This document shows positions 61,880 to 64,000 of a stretch of 64,000 nt of DNA, in pieces (position 1 is the first letter of the stretch; each line of letters begins with the position of its first letter). The notes beneath the pieces were generated by a model, which did no database searches, was not told the origin of the DNA, and saw nothing but the letters and a program-made list of their open reading frames with translations. The DNA comes from Mobula hypostoma. Lineage: Eukaryota. The stretch spans positions 18,352,001 to 18,416,000 of the forward strand of contig NC_086106.1 of assembly GCF_963921235.1 (NCBI RefSeq), read 5' to 3'. The position numbers and the translations under genes were made by a program.

Positions 61880-62930
61880 TAAACACATTCTTCACCACCC
61901 ACCCTGTCATCTCCTCACAAACTCCATCAGCACAGTTGCACCACAAGGCTGTGTGCTTAGCCCTCTGCTCTACTCGCTTTATACTCAGCATAACTTCAAT
62001 GCCATATTTAAGTTTGCTGATGACTCCACTGTCGTAGACTGAATCAAGTGTGGTGATAAATCAGCATATAGGGGAGAGATTGAAAATCTGGCTGAGTGGT
62101 GCAACAACAACCTATCACTCCATGTCAACAAAGTCAAGGAGAGGATTTGCATTCAGGAGGAGGAAACCAGAAGTCCAAGAGTCCTCATCAGGGACTCAGA
62201 GGTGGAGAAGTTCAGCAACTTTAAATTCCTCAGTGTCAGTGTCATTATGAAGAAGGCAAGGCAGCGTCTCTACTTTCTTAGCAGTTTGCAAAGATTTGTC
62301 ATTTCATTGAAAATGTTGACAAATTTCTATAGATGTGTGGTGGAGAGTATATTGACTGGTTGCATTATGGCCTGGTATGAAAACACCAATCCCCTTGAAT
62401 GGAAAAGCCCAGTCCATTATGGGTAAAGCCCTCCCTACCATTGAGCACATATACAAGGAGTGCTGTCGCAGGAAAGCAGCCTCCATCATTGAGGACCAAT
62501 ACACCCAGACGATGTTCTCTTCTCAGAAAAGAGGTGCAGGAATCTCAGGATCCGCACCACCAGGTTCAGGAATAGTTATTAACACTCAACCATCAGACTC
62601 CTGAATCAGCGAGGATATCTTCACTTAACTTCTCTTGCCCCATCACTGAACTGTTCCCTAAACTTTGGCCTGACTTTCAAGGACTCTTAATGTTCTCAAT
62701 ACTTATTGCTTATTCATTATTATATTTTTTATTATTTTTTTTCCTTTCAGTATTTGCATACTTGTTGTCTTTTGCACATTGGTTGTTCGTCTGTCCTGTT
62801 GGATGCAGTCTTTCATGGATTATGTTTTGTTTCTTGTACTTACAGTGATTACCTGCAAGAAAATGAATCTCTGGTTGCTAATTCCGACATGTCTGTACTT
62901 TGATAATAAATTTACTTTGTACTTTGAACT
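61880..62930 (+). mobile_element. Rex1/Babar-type LINE 3' fragment with 3' UTR
   Basis: QGCVLSPLLYSL, KFADD, VEKFSNFKFL, KKARQRLYFL, FYRCVVESILTGCIMAWY; tail TTTGTACTTTGAACTT. Confidence 0.8.
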
Positions 62931-62949
62931 TGTGTGGCTGATTTCAGTG

Positions 62950-63900
62950 AACTGTGTACTTGGACTTGCAGGTCCCTCTTCCACAATTCTCATCAGTGCC
63001 CTGTATGTCCTTCCCTGTTTGACTGTCAAAAAATGCATCACCTCACTTTGCAATTCCTTAGCCCGTCTCCCTAACAGATCAGGATCTTTTTGCAAATCAA
63101 AGTAATTTGCTTCACTATCAACAAGACCCCTTCATTTAGTATCATCAGCAAACTTAAACTGTGCCTTATATATATTCACATTCCAAATAATTTACACCAA
63201 TCATGAATAACAGAGATCACAACACTGACTAATCACTATCCTCCAGTCAGAGAATCGATCTTCAACCACCACCCTTTGCTTCCTCTCATCATTAAGTACA
63301 CAGGTGATCATGATGGTCTTTCAAAAGACAGTCTCCCCATAGTCAACCTTTTACTGTTAAGGTAGCTGCAGAACCTCTGTCTGAAACTTGCCTGCCAGGT
63401 CTATCACATACCCTCTTTTTGTCCTCCTGCTTTCCCTCTTAAGCCTGGTCTTAAAATTTTTATATTCATCAAAGGATTCATTCACACCCAGCTGCCTAAA
63501 CACATTGTACAGTTCCTTCCTTTTCTTTATCATAGTCTTGGTATCTTTTGCCAGCCAGGTTTTCCTGAACTGGGTGTGTCTACCATTCACACTAACAGAA
63601 ACATGCTGCCCCCTGGACTCTCGATATCATTTTAAAATCTCCCACTTGCCAAATATTTCTTTATCTCTATCTTGTCAGCCTTGTTGCAGTTAAGGACTTT
63701 ACCATTTGGACCTAGCCAATAGGAAAATGATAAATCCCATGGTTCTTTCTTTCTTTTCGATTACTATTTTAAAATTGGAATTCTAGAACTGTGGTCACTA
63801 GACTCCCCAACTTACACTTCAGTTACCCCACCTTTTGCCGAAGAGAAGGTTCAGTGGTACTCCTTCCCAAATACGGTCCTCTATATAAGGTATAAGGGAA
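62950..63900 (-). mobile_element. CR1 LINE fragments
   Basis: degenerate KDPDLLGRRAKELQ, EVMHF and WLAKDTKTMIKKRKE motifs. Confidence 0.65.
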
Positions 63901-64000
63901 CTGTCTTGGACACCCCACACAAATTCTTTCCCCATCCAGGCCCTTTGCACTCGGGGTGACCCAGGTGACACCAGGAAATGTGATATTTCCTTTGAGCACT

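Overview
Vertebrate genomic DNA, almost certainly from a cartilaginous fish (the repeat families suggest a ray; inference). The window holds one complete immunoglobulin heavy-chain minilocus of the IgW type on the minus strand (~4.7-41.4 kb). In transcription order: leader, VH, JH, a 7.8-kb J-C intron containing a 43-bp G-rich tandem array, CH1, CH2, a separate secretory exon, then three recent tandem copies of a CH3-CH4 pair (with a truncated pseudo-CH5 and a second secretory-exon copy between them), CH5, CH6 with secretory tail, a fourth and older CH3-CH4 pair, TM1 and a probable TM2. That gives 12 intact C-domain exons, all with open frames and phase-1 GT-AG boundaries except CH6, which is terminal. 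The VH ends in a 12-bp-spacer RSS and no D lies between V and J, so it looks partially germline-joined (VD-J). The rest is transposon-rich: CR1, Penelope (with hammerhead-ribozyme motifs), Rex/Babar, RTE, a Gypsy integrase remnant, SINEs and a solo LTR. Exon boundaries were derived by hand from the sequence. TE family names, isotype assignment and novelty statements rest on recall and need database confirmation.
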